The notes beneath the pieces were generated by a model, which saw only the letters and a list, made by a program, of their open reading frames with translations, had not been told where the DNA came from and searched no databases. From positions 64,001 to 128,000 of the forward strand of contig OZ242326.1 of the NCBI GenBank assembly GCA_965208325.1: a DNA stretch of 64,000 bases, in the 5' to 3' direction. Below are positions 9,806 to 18,681 of the stretch, in pieces. Position 1 is the stretch's first letter. Each line of letters begins with the position of its first letter. Source of the DNA: Candidatus Poribacteria bacterium (GTDB lineage: Bacteria > Poribacteria > WGA-4E > PCPOR2b). Position numbers and translations under genes: made by a program.

Positions 9806-10155
9806 CGCAAAATCGTAATTTGGGAATGTGCTTATTCTTTAAAACTTGTATGAAAATACATCTTTATTTATCTTGACGATTGTTCTGACCACAACCGTCT
9901 AATTCCTCCCCTCACACAAGCAGGACACACCGCTGGTCACATTTTGCCGAATCGGGTCGCCGCCGAGAGCGGATGAAACCTTCCATAACTAGCAACCCTG
10001 AGATTGAAACGCGGGCGTTATTCAGGGTTGGACTCGGGCGCGCTCACATGGCTAAAATATCAGGTCATAACCGCCAAACTAGTGTGAACGCCGTTTTGCC
10101 GACGTATGGAATCGGACTGTTGCTGACCGCTTTATGGAGACCGAGGTCTGTCTTC

Positions 10156-10827
10156 TCAAACCGGCAAAATACAATCCGGTGTATCGTTGCTCGGCTTATT
10201 CACCAGACGAGAAACCGCGTAGGCAGTCATTTCATCCGCGGGATACGGCTGGAGTAGGCGATCCAACTCGGCGGGTGCTCGGTCGGTCGGATTTAACCAT
10301 AGGTCATACGCATCATTATCCAGAATTACCGGCATTCGATGATGTATCTGCTCTAGCATCTCGTTCGGCGGGCACGTAATGATTGTGCATGACAAGACGG
10401 CGTCTGACTCCTGTGTTGGTTTCCACTGCTCCCACAGCCCGGCGAAGGCGAAAGGCTGCTCCGATGCCATGCGGATGTAATACGGTGTTTTTGCGCCGCC
10501 GCCCGGATCCTTACACCACTCGTAATATCCGTCTGCCAATATGAGGCATCGCCGACGCTTGTATGCGGTTCGGAATGAAGGTTTTTCCGCCAACGTCTCT
10601 GATCGTGCGTTTATCATTCGATTGCCGATTGCCGGGGCCTTTGCCCACGACGGAATCAACCCCCACCGGAAGAATTCTATTTTGGCGGATTTGTTGTTCG
10701 CAACGACAGCGACGTCTTGGGTAGGTGTAATGTTGTAGCGTGGGTTTGGTTGGTCGGCAAGTTCCAACCCGGGGAAGGTTTCTGTCAATGTGGTGGTGGT
10801 AGCTGTAAGCGTGAATCGACCGCACAT
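10156..10827 (-). CDS. SOS response-associated peptidase (SRAP/HMCES/YedK family), abasic-site protection
   Basis: N-terminal MCGRF; WGLIP.W, INARSET, RRCLI.ADGYYEW and IHHRMPVIL motifs. Confidence 0.95.
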   Translation of the reverse strand: MCGRFTLTATTTTLTETFPGLELADQPNPRYNITPTQDVAVVANNKSAKIEFFRWGLIPSWAKAPAIGNRMINARSETLAEKPSFRTAYKRRRCLILADGYYEWCKDPGGGAKTPYYIRMASEQPFAFAGLWEQWKPTQESDAVLSCTIITCPPNEMLEQIHHRMPVILDNDAYDLWLNPTDRAPAELDRLLQPYPADEMTAYAVSRLVNKPSNDTPDCILPV

Positions 10828-10906
10828 TTGTCATCTCCCTCTTGCATTCTGCCGTGCCTACGCTTTCTGCTTGTGCCGATATTCTATTATATTTTACCGT
10901 TGGGTT

Positions 10907-13900
10907 TCAAGTCCAATTGTTTTGGCGCCCACTATTCCCGCTTCTGCCTGGATCCGCTGCTGAACCTTTGCCGAAAGACATTTCTGTAAAATACTGTGCT
11001 TGGATGTTAATCAACTCGCCCTCACGCTGCAAGATGCCGCAAACGCACACAAACGGAGAAAGCTTGAAAATCGATCGGTAGCGATTATAAACATCGCGCG
11101 AAATAATCACATTGAGCAGGCTTTCCTCGTCCTCAATTAGCATGAAGGCGACTCCCTTTGCCGTGGCAGGTTTTTGTATACACACGACTAGCCCCGCTAC
11201 GCAGGTTCTTACGCCGTTTCGAAGTTTTTTCAGCGTGTCGCCGCGCCGGACACTCTTATTGAGCGTATTCCGAATGTACTGCATCGGATGAGTATGCGTC
11301 GAAAACCCCTGAACGCGGTATTCCCACGCTAACTGAGACCATAAGTCAATTCTTGGCAGCGGCGGCGCGGTGATGTCCGGATGGATGAGCAAATTCTTAT
11401 CTCGCCACCGGTCAAGTATCCACAGTTGCCACGACAGTTCCCTGCGCGGCAAACCAAAATCATCGAACGCGCCGGCGCCTATCAGATTTTCGATATTAGA
11501 TGAACTGAGTTGTGTCCGTAGGACGAAATCCTGCAGCGACTTGAACCGCCCGCGCTCACGGGCATTCACAATTGACTCGGCCTTCGCCGTACTGATACCT
11601 TTCACACAGACTAAACTTAATCGAATAGCTTGCGGTTCTGTATTTTCGAGATAACAACGGACACCGCTGCGATTAACGTTCACGCTTAAGATTTTTACCC
11701 CGCTGCGCTGGGCGTCGGCTATCAAGATTCGCACCGGATAGAACCCAAGCGGCTGATTGTTAATGAGCGCTGCAGTATAAGCGGCTGGATAGTAGCGCTT
11801 AAGCCATGCCGACTGGTAAGCGAGCTGGGCGAACACTAAAGCGTGCGATTTACAAAATCCATAGCCTGCAAACCCTTTAATACAGTCGAAAATCTGGATC
11901 GCATCGCTGCGCGAAACCCCGTTTCTGACCGCGCTGTCCACGAAGTCGACTTCCATCTTGTCAACAACTTTCTTAAAGCGGTGTTTATCCAGATCGCGCC
12001 TCAAATTTTCAGCCTTGCCAGCGGTGTAACCGGCAATGGCGCAAGCGATTTGGACGATCTGTTCTTGAAAGAGCACCACCCCCAGCGTCTCTTCAAGAAT
12101 TGGCTCAAGCAGGCGGTGCTGATACTGAATTCTCTCACGCCCCTGTCTTCGCCGAATGTAGGGGTTCACGGCGCGTCCTTGTACCGGCCCCGGCCTTATT
12201 ATCGCCACTTCAATTGCTAGGTCTAACAAATTGTGCGGTTTGACGCGCGGCAACGTCTGCATTTGGACGCGCGATTCGATTTGGAACAATCCAATCGTGT
12301 CGGCGCGGGCAATCATATCGTATACGTCGGCATCGTCAGTATTAATGTCCGCTAGGTCAATTTTAAGTCCGTAAGCCTCGGCAATCAAAATAAGGCATTC
12401 TCTAATGACAGCGAGGATGCCCAAGCCTAATAAGTCCACTTTGATCAGGCCCGCGGTTTCAACATAATCTTTGTCCCATTGGCAGATTCGTTGCCCTTGC
12501 GTCGTTGAATACTGCAGCGGCACTAACTTCGTAAGTTCACACGAAGTGATTATCATCCCGCCCGGATGGGTCGAAACGTGGCGGGGCGTTCCGATTACCG
12601 CCTGAACCTGATCTCGGAAATGCCGCCACTTTGCTTGTTTGGTATAACAATCAAACTGCTTGAATGTCTCAATCTTGCTAAAGGCTGGTTCTGGATCTTT
12701 TCGTCCTTCCGTGAAGCGTGACATCGTTTCCAACAGAGATTGCGGGTAGCCAAAAACCTTGCCAATCTCGCGGATAGCCATCTTGACGCCGAAGGTGATG
12801 AACGTGCAGGTCAATCCTACACAATCAACGCCGTATTTACGCTGAACGTAGTTCAGGACATCATCTCGATCAGGCAACCGAACATCGCGCGCAGAGGCGA
12901 AATCGAGGTCAATGTCCGGAATTGTAGATCGCTCTTCGTTGAGAAAACGGGCGAATACCAAATTATACGCAATCGGATCCACTGTCGTAATATCGAGAAG
13001 ATAAGTCACAAGCGAATTCGCCGCCGAACCGCGGCCCTGTGTCGGGATGCCCTTAGATTGGGCGAATTGCACGATATCCCACACCATTAAGAAATATCCG
13101 GCAAGGCCTAGACGCCCGATAAGCGTAAGTTCCTCGCGCAGTCTAGCTCTAATCCGGTCTGTTATTGAGGCATACTTTTTGGAGAGCGATGCCTCACATA
13201 GCATGGTCAAATATGTGCTTTCCGTATAGCCCGCAGGCACGGCATAGTTCGGGAATCGATATTTAGAAAAATCGAACTCAACATTGCATTGCTCACTGAT
13301 TAGCCGCGTATTCTTCAACGCCGACGGCATTTCTCTAAATAGCGCCGCCATTTCCTGCGGCGGCTTGAGATAGCGTTGATGGTTTGCGGACCGTATCCCG
13401 TCCGATTCGTCTAGTGTCACTTTATGGACGATGCACCGCATCACATCGTGCAATCGCGCCTTATCCTCAGCCGCATAATGCACCGCATTGCTAGCGGCGC
13501 ACGGCAGGCATAACTCGTGCGCTAGTTGACACAGTGCTTTGCAGAGACCGGTATCACCGGGTTCGAGATGGTTGTTGAGCTCGATATAGAGATGGCCGCC
13601 GGAAAAGATTTGGCGGTACGCATCTAAACGCGCCCGCGCCAATTCAATCTGATTCTGCTGCAAGAGCGCGGCGGCGTGGCTCTGTTTTCCAATCAGGCAA
13701 ATGAGATTACGTGAGCATTCGCTGAGTTGCTCTGCTGTTACTTGCGGATCGGATGCCGCGTTGGCGTGAGCTTGAGTAATCAACCGCGAAAGTTGATGAT
13801 AACCCGTAATGTCTTGGCACAATAAAACGACTTTATCAACTTTATCGTCTAAGGCTACGGAAATGACAGAACCGACAATGCTGTGAAGCCCAATCTCTTC

Positions 13901-14062
13901 GCATCGGTTAATAAACGGAATCACGCCGTACAAGCCGGCTGTATCCGTTAACGCCAACCCTTTCAATCCCAGTTTCTGCGCCCGCTCGGCAAGTACATCC
14001 GGGCTGGAAGTGCCATCCAAAAAACTGTAATAGCTATGACAGTGAAGTTCGGCGTAGTCCAT
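10907..14062 (-). CDS. dnaE2: Error-prone DNA polymerase III alpha DnaE2 (ImuC)
   Basis: PHP domain YAELHCHSYYSFLDG, GRGSAANS, PDIDLDF, DnaE2-type FQIESR.QM..LPR, C-terminal OB fold; flanked by imuB-like and SRAP genes. Confidence 0.92.
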   Translation of the reverse strand: MDYAELHCHSYYSFLDGTSSPDVLAERAQKLGLKGLALTDTAGLYGVIPFINRCEEIGLHSIVGSVISVALDDKVDKVVLLCQDITGYHQLSRLITQAHANAASDPQVTAEQLSECSRNLICLIGKQSHAAALLQQNQIELARARLDAYRQIFSGGHLYIELNNHLEPGDTGLCKALCQLAHELCLPCAASNAVHYAAEDKARLHDVMRCIVHKVTLDESDGIRSANHQRYLKPPQEMAALFREMPSALKNTRLISEQCNVEFDFSKYRFPNYAVPAGYTESTYLTMLCEASLSKKYASITDRIRARLREELTLIGRLGLAGYFLMVWDIVQFAQSKGIPTQGRGSAANSLVTYLLDITTVDPIAYNLVFARFLNEERSTIPDIDLDFASARDVRLPDRDDVLNYVQRKYGVDCVGLTCTFITFGVKMAIREIGKVFGYPQSLLETMSRFTEGRKDPEPAFSKIETFKQFDCYTKQAKWRHFRDQVQAVIGTPRHVSTHPGGMIITSCELTKLVPLQYSTTQGQRICQWDKDYVETAGLIKVDLLGLGILAVIRECLILIAEAYGLKIDLADINTDDADVYDMIARADTIGLFQIESRVQMQTLPRVKPHNLLDLAIEVAIIRPGPVQGRAVNPYIRRRQGRERIQYQHRLLEPILEETLGVVLFQEQIVQIACAIAGYTAGKAENLRRDLDKHRFKKVVDKMEVDFVDSAVRNGVSRSDAIQIFDCIKGFAGYGFCKSHALVFAQLAYQSAWLKRYYPAAYTAALINNQPLGFYPVRILIADAQRSGVKILSVNVNRSGVRCYLENTEPQAIRLSLVCVKGISTAKAESIVNARERGRFKSLQDFVLRTQLSSSNIENLIGAGAFDDFGLPRRELSWQLWILDRWRDKNLLIHPDITAPPLPRIDLWSQLAWEYRVQGFSTHTHPMQYIRNTLNKSVRRGDTLKKLRNGVRTCVAGLVVCIQKPATAKGVAFMLIEDEESLLNVIISRDVYNRYRSIFKLSPFVCVCGILQREGELINIQAQYFTEMSFGKGSAADPGRSGNSGRQNNWT

Positions 14063-14102
14063 TAATAGTCAATGCCATTCATATTTACACATGTTTCGGT
14101 AA

Positions 14103-14313
14103 GAACCTGTTTGAAAATTCATTTTATTACAGTACGCCACCACGCCTTGTAGGCGGGGCATCTTGCCCCGCCCAATGCTGGAGTAAGGTATTTGGTGGAA
14201 TCAAGCGACCGAATTGCGAAGGCGATAGTAAATCCCGCGCGATAGAAGTTCCACCGGTAATAGCAACTCAAACGCACAAGAATGGCTTTGTCACCTATTA
14301 TTCAAACAGGCTC
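14103..14313. mobile_element. 211-bp MITE with 13-bp TIRs and TAA target duplication (IS5-like ends)
   Basis: GAACCTGTTTGAA (14103-14115) vs TTCAAACAGGCTC (14301-14313), 12/13 inverted match; TAA at 14100-14102 and 14314-14316; no ORF inside. Confidence 0.7.
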
Positions 14314-14316
14314 TAA

Positions 14317-14381
14317 GTGCGGTTTCCAACCGCACCTATGGACTGGATAAATACCGGTTCGGTTAGGAAACCGAACCTATC
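14317..14381. repeat. Two tandem REP-type hairpins
   Basis: GTGCGGTTTCCAACCGCAC-CTAT and GGTTCGGTTAGGAAACCGAACC-TAT palindromes, each reading ATAGG on the minus strand (GTAG-family-like). Confidence 0.65.
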
Positions 14382-15181
14382 TATCGGCATAGTTTCCAAT
14401 CGTCACGGACAAGATCGTGGCAAACTGTTAACTCGCGTCCGGAAGTATACAATTTGAAGTAAATCAACTCTTGCGGTTTTTCTGTCCACCAAGCGTCCTC
14501 TAGCTTCCAGACATCTATAATGCCGTCAAAATATAGCCACTTGTCATCGTATCGCATGCGCTCGGGAAAGTCGATGCACCCAATTTTTTTTGACGTTACC
14601 GCAATTCGCTCTGAATGGCCGCTGAGTTCCTTGCCCCAGATGGTTAAATGTTGTGCAGTGGTGTCAGCGGTTATTGGCGGTTGATAGAACGTAAGCGGGG
14701 ATGGGTCGACGCCTTTTCCTAACTCTGACATCGCAGCCCCTTGCTTTCCAAATTGCCGGATTAGATCCGCCTTTTTGATGTTAGCCAACTGTCCGAGCAT
14801 GCAGAGTCCCAATCTGTCCAGACGCCTATGCAGTTCGGCATCGAGCGGCAGAAGCGAAACGCTCTGATTTGCCATAAACGCCGGCGTCTCCTCTGATGAT
14901 ACGACGCACGCCGCATCCGGGGTTGCGTTTTGCGCCGCGGCAAGACTGGCGAAACGGGACGATGCGACACCGACGCGGATATCGGGGCAAATCCCTTTCA
15001 GCTCGCCTCGTAAATGTCTGATGAAATCGTCGGCTTCGTCCGTAATTTCGGAGACCCCTAAATTTACATAGATGCTGTTATTTTTGATTTCACACCTCAG
15101 ACGCCCAGCCTCTTCCGTCAATATTTCTTGAATCTCTTTTAATTGAGCCTTAAGGTTCTCTACCAGCAAGCAAGCAATCAT
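14381..15181 (-). CDS. Short ImuB-like inactive Y-family polymerase accessory protein
   Basis: VGVASSRFASLAAA, F.....VSLLPL, RLDRLGL..LGQLA, RQFG..G (Y-family thumb-like); C-terminal W..E..WW....YF motif; directly upstream of dnaE2. Confidence 0.75.
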   Translation of the reverse strand: MIACLLVENLKAQLKEIQEILTEEAGRLRCEIKNNSIYVNLGVSEITDEADDFIRHLRGELKGICPDIRVGVASSRFASLAAAQNATPDAACVVSSEETPAFMANQSVSLLPLDAELHRRLDRLGLCMLGQLANIKKADLIRQFGKQGAAMSELGKGVDPSPLTFYQPPITADTTAQHLTIWGKELSGHSERIAVTSKKIGCIDFPERMRYDDKWLYFDGIIDVWKLEDAWWTEKPQELIYFKLYTSGRELTVCHDLVRDDWKLCR

Positions 15182-15222
15182 AATTATATGAATCCCTAAC
15201 CCCGTCTAAAATACTTAACTAA

Positions 15223-15251
15223 ATAATACTATTTATACGTTACCCAGTCAA
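15223..15251 (-). promoter_or_regulatory. Putative sigma70 promoter of the imuB-dnaE2-SRAP cassette
   Basis: Minus strand TTGACT-17nt-TATTAT; overlapped by palindrome TAAATA-atac-TATTTA (15220-15235). Confidence 0.5.
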
Positions 15252-15505
15252 GAAAAAAATCACCCCGAATAATCATTCGCCGAATTCTTCCGAAAAGGCG
15301 GCAACGAATACTGTGCTACGGCGCGTTACGGCTGGTCAATACAGGTCGGGGATTGGGGGTAAGCTTCTGTAGGTTGGGTAGATCAATCAACCGACCGAAC
15401 AGTCTTTGAAACCGAGTTTTTTATAGTTTGTATCAAATGACCCCATGAGTTAAACTGATAACAGATGTTATTTCCATCAATTACCATGAATCCATGGAGG
15501 TCATT

Positions 15506-16306
15506 ATGAAACCACAAAGTCATTCAAACTACGGTATCAATCGTCTGGAATCAAAGACGGCGAGAGCGGCAATTATTCAGAAGATTGCGTCAGACTTCAA
15601 TCTGATGCCTATCCTTGCCGAAGCCTACTATAATCAGATTTCTTCCTACTTTGCCCAACACGCCGATATTAAACTCACATCAGGCCAAATCTGCTATGAA
15701 GCCGTAGCCGCCGACGAACCCGCAGGTAAACACATTGCCTTAGCCAAAAAGGTCTCCTGCCAACTCACCCTCAATGATGTGCACACCGATCTTGAGGTGT
15801 TAGCCAACTATGGACTTGCAGGACTCAGACGACATCGAATCTTACGGTTAACCAAACAAGCCTATGACCAAGACGCTTTGCTCAGCTATGAAGATTTAGC
15901 GGTGCTATTAACCACCAGCCCGGCGACCGTCAAACGAGACATTCGACAGTTGAAACAGCAAGGGTTTTTTGTAATGACTCGCGGCGCCAAACACGACATG
16001 GGCCCCGGCATCTCTCATAAAACCCAAATCCTAGAACTGTACTTTAAAGGCTATCAATTCACCGACATTGAGCGAAAGACGAACCACACCGAACGCGCCG
16101 TGTTGAGATACTTGCGTAATTTCACTCAGGTAGCAACCCTCCATCATCAAGACTTTCCAAAGGAACAGATACGGCTCATCACCCATCTCTCTGACCGATT
16201 GATTCGTGAGTATCTCTCCCTGTATGATAAATACGAACATACAGAGCGAATGACGACTTTACTTCATCCTGAACCCGTTGATGAAAAAAAGGGGGAAAAC
16301 TCATGA
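15506..16306 (+). CDS. DUF1670 domain protein A (likely start 15506 after GGAGG)
   Basis: GQI...AV..DEPAGK, QAYDQDALLSYEDLAVLL, TRG..HDMGPGISHK and H...AV.RY motifs, recognised as DUF1670. Confidence 0.8.
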   Translation: MKPQSHSNYGINRLESKTARAAIIQKIASDFNLMPILAEAYYNQISSYFAQHADIKLTSGQICYEAVAADEPAGKHIALAKKVSCQLTLNDVHTDLEVLANYGLAGLRRHRILRLTKQAYDQDALLSYEDLAVLLTTSPATVKRDIRQLKQQGFFVMTRGAKHDMGPGISHKTQILELYFKGYQFTDIERKTNHTERAVLRYLRNFTQVATLHHQDFPKEQIRLITHLSDRLIREYLSLYDKYEHTERMTTLLHPEPVDEKKGENS

Positions 16307-17196
16307 GTAAATCATTGACTCGAACCGAAATCAACGAGAAGAAAATCAGACGTATCAATGATAAATCGTTGCGGCAGTTGCTGATTCATCGCTTTATCAA
16401 TTCCTATGGGTATGACAAAGGCGAAGTGACTGCCAAAGCCATTGTCGATGACATCGTCAAAACTATTGAAGACTATTTCCTGATTCGCTTGCCACTTGAT
16501 AAACTCGCCGCTGGAGAACAACTTCCTGATGAACGAATGCTTAGCTATGGTCAACTGGTTTGGATGGCTGTGCCGATTGACGAATATCCACAGAGAGCCA
16601 AGTCAATCGTTAAAACCCGCATGAAGCCTGTGGTTTTAAGCTTTGTGGCCCCCGAGGACATTGAACACTATTACAGCGGCTTCAGCTCTCGTGAACTCAG
16701 AATTCATCGATTGGTGCGATGGTGTTATCAAGCCTATGACCAAGGGGCATTGTTGACTCAACTAGACCTGGCTGTGTTGCTCAACGTCCGCGACCCAGTA
16801 GTGAGTGAGTATGTCAACGAGTGGCAAAGCACCAGTGGAAAAATCTTGCCCACTCGCGGCAACATTCACGATTTATCGGCGGCAATTACACACAAGAAGG
16901 AGATTATTACCCTTTATCTACAAGGGCACCTGACTCCGACCATTGCTGCCAAAACCAAGCACTCCAAAGAAGCTGTTGACCGATACATCCATGATTATGA
17001 GTCCGTTAAGATTGTTCGCACCGCTACCGATGACATTGACAAAATCTCTCAGATTACCAAACTTTCCAAGCGCGTCATCTCTCAATATCTCGACCTAATT
17101 CCTCAACATTCGCTGAATGACATCAACGCAAACTTGGAAGACGGCAAAGATAACACCGTGCCGTCCAGTTCCAAACCTACAGGAGACTTGCAATGA
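16303..17196 (+). CDS. DUF1670 domain protein B (paralogue, ATGA-coupled to A)
   Basis: GQLVWMAV, QAYDQGALLTQLDLAVLL, PTRGNIHD..AITHK and HSKEAVDRY motifs. Confidence 0.8.
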   Translation: MSKSLTRTEINEKKIRRINDKSLRQLLIHRFINSYGYDKGEVTAKAIVDDIVKTIEDYFLIRLPLDKLAAGEQLPDERMLSYGQLVWMAVPIDEYPQRAKSIVKTRMKPVVLSFVAPEDIEHYYSGFSSRELRIHRLVRWCYQAYDQGALLTQLDLAVLLNVRDPVVSEYVNEWQSTSGKILPTRGNIHDLSAAITHKKEIITLYLQGHLTPTIAAKTKHSKEAVDRYIHDYESVKIVRTATDDIDKISQITKLSKRVISQYLDLIPQHSLNDINANLEDGKDNTVPSSSKPTGDLQ

Positions 17197-17465
17197 CAGC
17201 ATACGCCTATTATTGCTTAGACATGGGAAAACAACGTCTCTTTCTTTGGCATCGGCTTGGCACGCCATAGCCATTTTGGTATACTTTGTCACGCTTCTAG
17301 CCAAACCAAATGAATTTCTTGACGGATAAGCTAATTAAGCCAACATAACTCGCTCATTTGATGATGGCTCGAAGTCAGTAACCACGCGCATTCCAACTAT
17401 CATCAGGTCATTTGATACTATTTTCTTCAAAACTCGGTTTCTTAATCGCAGCAAAACCTGTACTT

Positions 17466-18460
17466 TAGCCCCAGCGGGGCGGCAGGTATATAGAAAACAC
17501 AGTAACCCAATCCCCAAAGCCCCAGATGAGAATCAACCGACCGAATAGAGAGGGATCAACTGAGCGGATAGCGAAGGCGATAGTCTTCTCAAGTTATTAT
17601 AGTTCTTGTAGGTTGGGTAGAGCGGATTCATCCAAAAACATCCATGAAAACGAACCGCCCTGTCAACCGCAACACGTACAAAATTCGAGGCTTGTAGCGA
17701 AACCCAACGCTTTTAAAACCTCACCCATCCCAATTGATTACCAAACACCAACACCGCTGCTAATCCCGGACAACCCTTTTTCCATGAACCTACCCCCAAT
17801 GGTTAAACAATCATGCTTGTCCAATAAGGTGTAAGTGCTAGGAAATCCGGCTACGCTTCATAACCGAATGATCATGTGCGCTCTTAATCATCGCCCATCA
17901 TTCAATCAAAAAAATCACAGTTCAGACAGTTCTTGTAGGTTGGGATTAATTCAGCGCCTAGATCAACCGACTGTATAAGGCGCGCAATAGCGTTTTTGCA
18001 ATCTCAATTCCCCTCCTTACCAAGGAGGGGATAGGGGAGGTTATAGGACGGATCAGCTCAGCGCACAAGGAGTGCAATAGTCTTGGTTCTTAAAGTTCGA
18101 ATCTCGCCGTGGAACCTACTCCCGAAAATCTCGAATCCACCCCCGTCGGAGCGATCTCCGAATCGCGAAACATACCCTCATAATCACAGTCCATTCATTT
18201 AATCATATAAATCACAGTTCAGACAGTTTTTGTAGGTTGGGTAGAGCGGATACACCGAAACATGCCCATTATAACGAACCGCTCTGTAAGCTGAATGTAT
18301 GCAAGATACGCTGGATGCAGCGAAACCCAACGCTTTTATAACCTCCGCCCCTCCAAAAACGTCGGGTTTCAGTGAAGACTATGAGTAAATTATCGCTCTC
18401 CCTGCTCGGTCGGTTGATCCGTCGCTATTCGCTCAGTTGTTCGTTCTACAAAACCTACAA
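17466..18460. repeat. Dense REP/REPIN-like repeat patch
   Basis: About 115-bp diverged units TGTAGGTTGGGTAGAGCGGA...AACGAACCGC...AGCGAAACCCAACGCTTTTA at 17607 and 18231, with an inverted partner ending CTACAAAACCTACA at 18459; AATCACAGTTCAGACAGTT twice; CCCCTCCTT-acc-AAGGAGGGG at about 18010; GCCCCAGCGGGGC at about 17469. Confidence 0.8.
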
Positions 18461-18681
18461 AACCCACCATTTTCTGATTGCGAATTCCCCCTTTTTGGGT
18501 TATTATTCTGGCAGACATTTATTCATGACTCCCCTGCAAGAGACACTCGGCCTGGTGGTCAATTAACACTTGGCTTGGGTGTTGCGGTTCCTCTACTCAA
18601 CGTGAGCATCCCAGTGGAGCCATGATGCCGAAAATCGCTAACCGCTAGTAACTGAACAATACGTCTAGGCGATCAAGAACA

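Larger units (their letters stand above)
15421..17420 (+). mobile_element. Putative 2.0-kb mobile element encoding two DUF1670 proteins
   Basis: Perfect subterminal IR GTATCAAATGACC (15430-15442)/GGTCATTTGATAC (17406-17418); flanking TTTT duplication; removing the element restores a perfect 13-bp hairpin GAAACCGAGTTTT-CTTC-AAAACTCGGTTTC. Confidence 0.7.

Noticed and set aside
9954..10130. 6S RNA, SRP RNA or a known riboswitch
   Set aside because: It is not a single long rod with a central bubble, and no SRP, SAM, glycine, cobalamin or c-di-GMP consensus was recognised; kept only as an unassigned structure candidate.
9553..10257. ORFs 9553-9762 (-) and 9973-10257 (+) as genes
   Set aside because: No recognisable motifs or clear RBS; the second overlaps SRAP antisense.
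18046..18116. tRNA gene (AGCTCAG and GTTCGAATC motifs 40 nt apart)
   Set aside because: The T-stem and acceptor stem do not pair and there is no anticodon arm; the AGCTCAG belongs to a local repeat motif.
17466..18460. CRISPR array
   Set aside because: Repeats are diverged, irregularly spaced, from several families and partly inverted; there are no constant-length spacers and no cas genes.
17526..18625. Short ORFs 17526-17834, 18372-18566 and 18437-18625
   Set aside because: They run through REP-type repeats and show no protein-like motifs.
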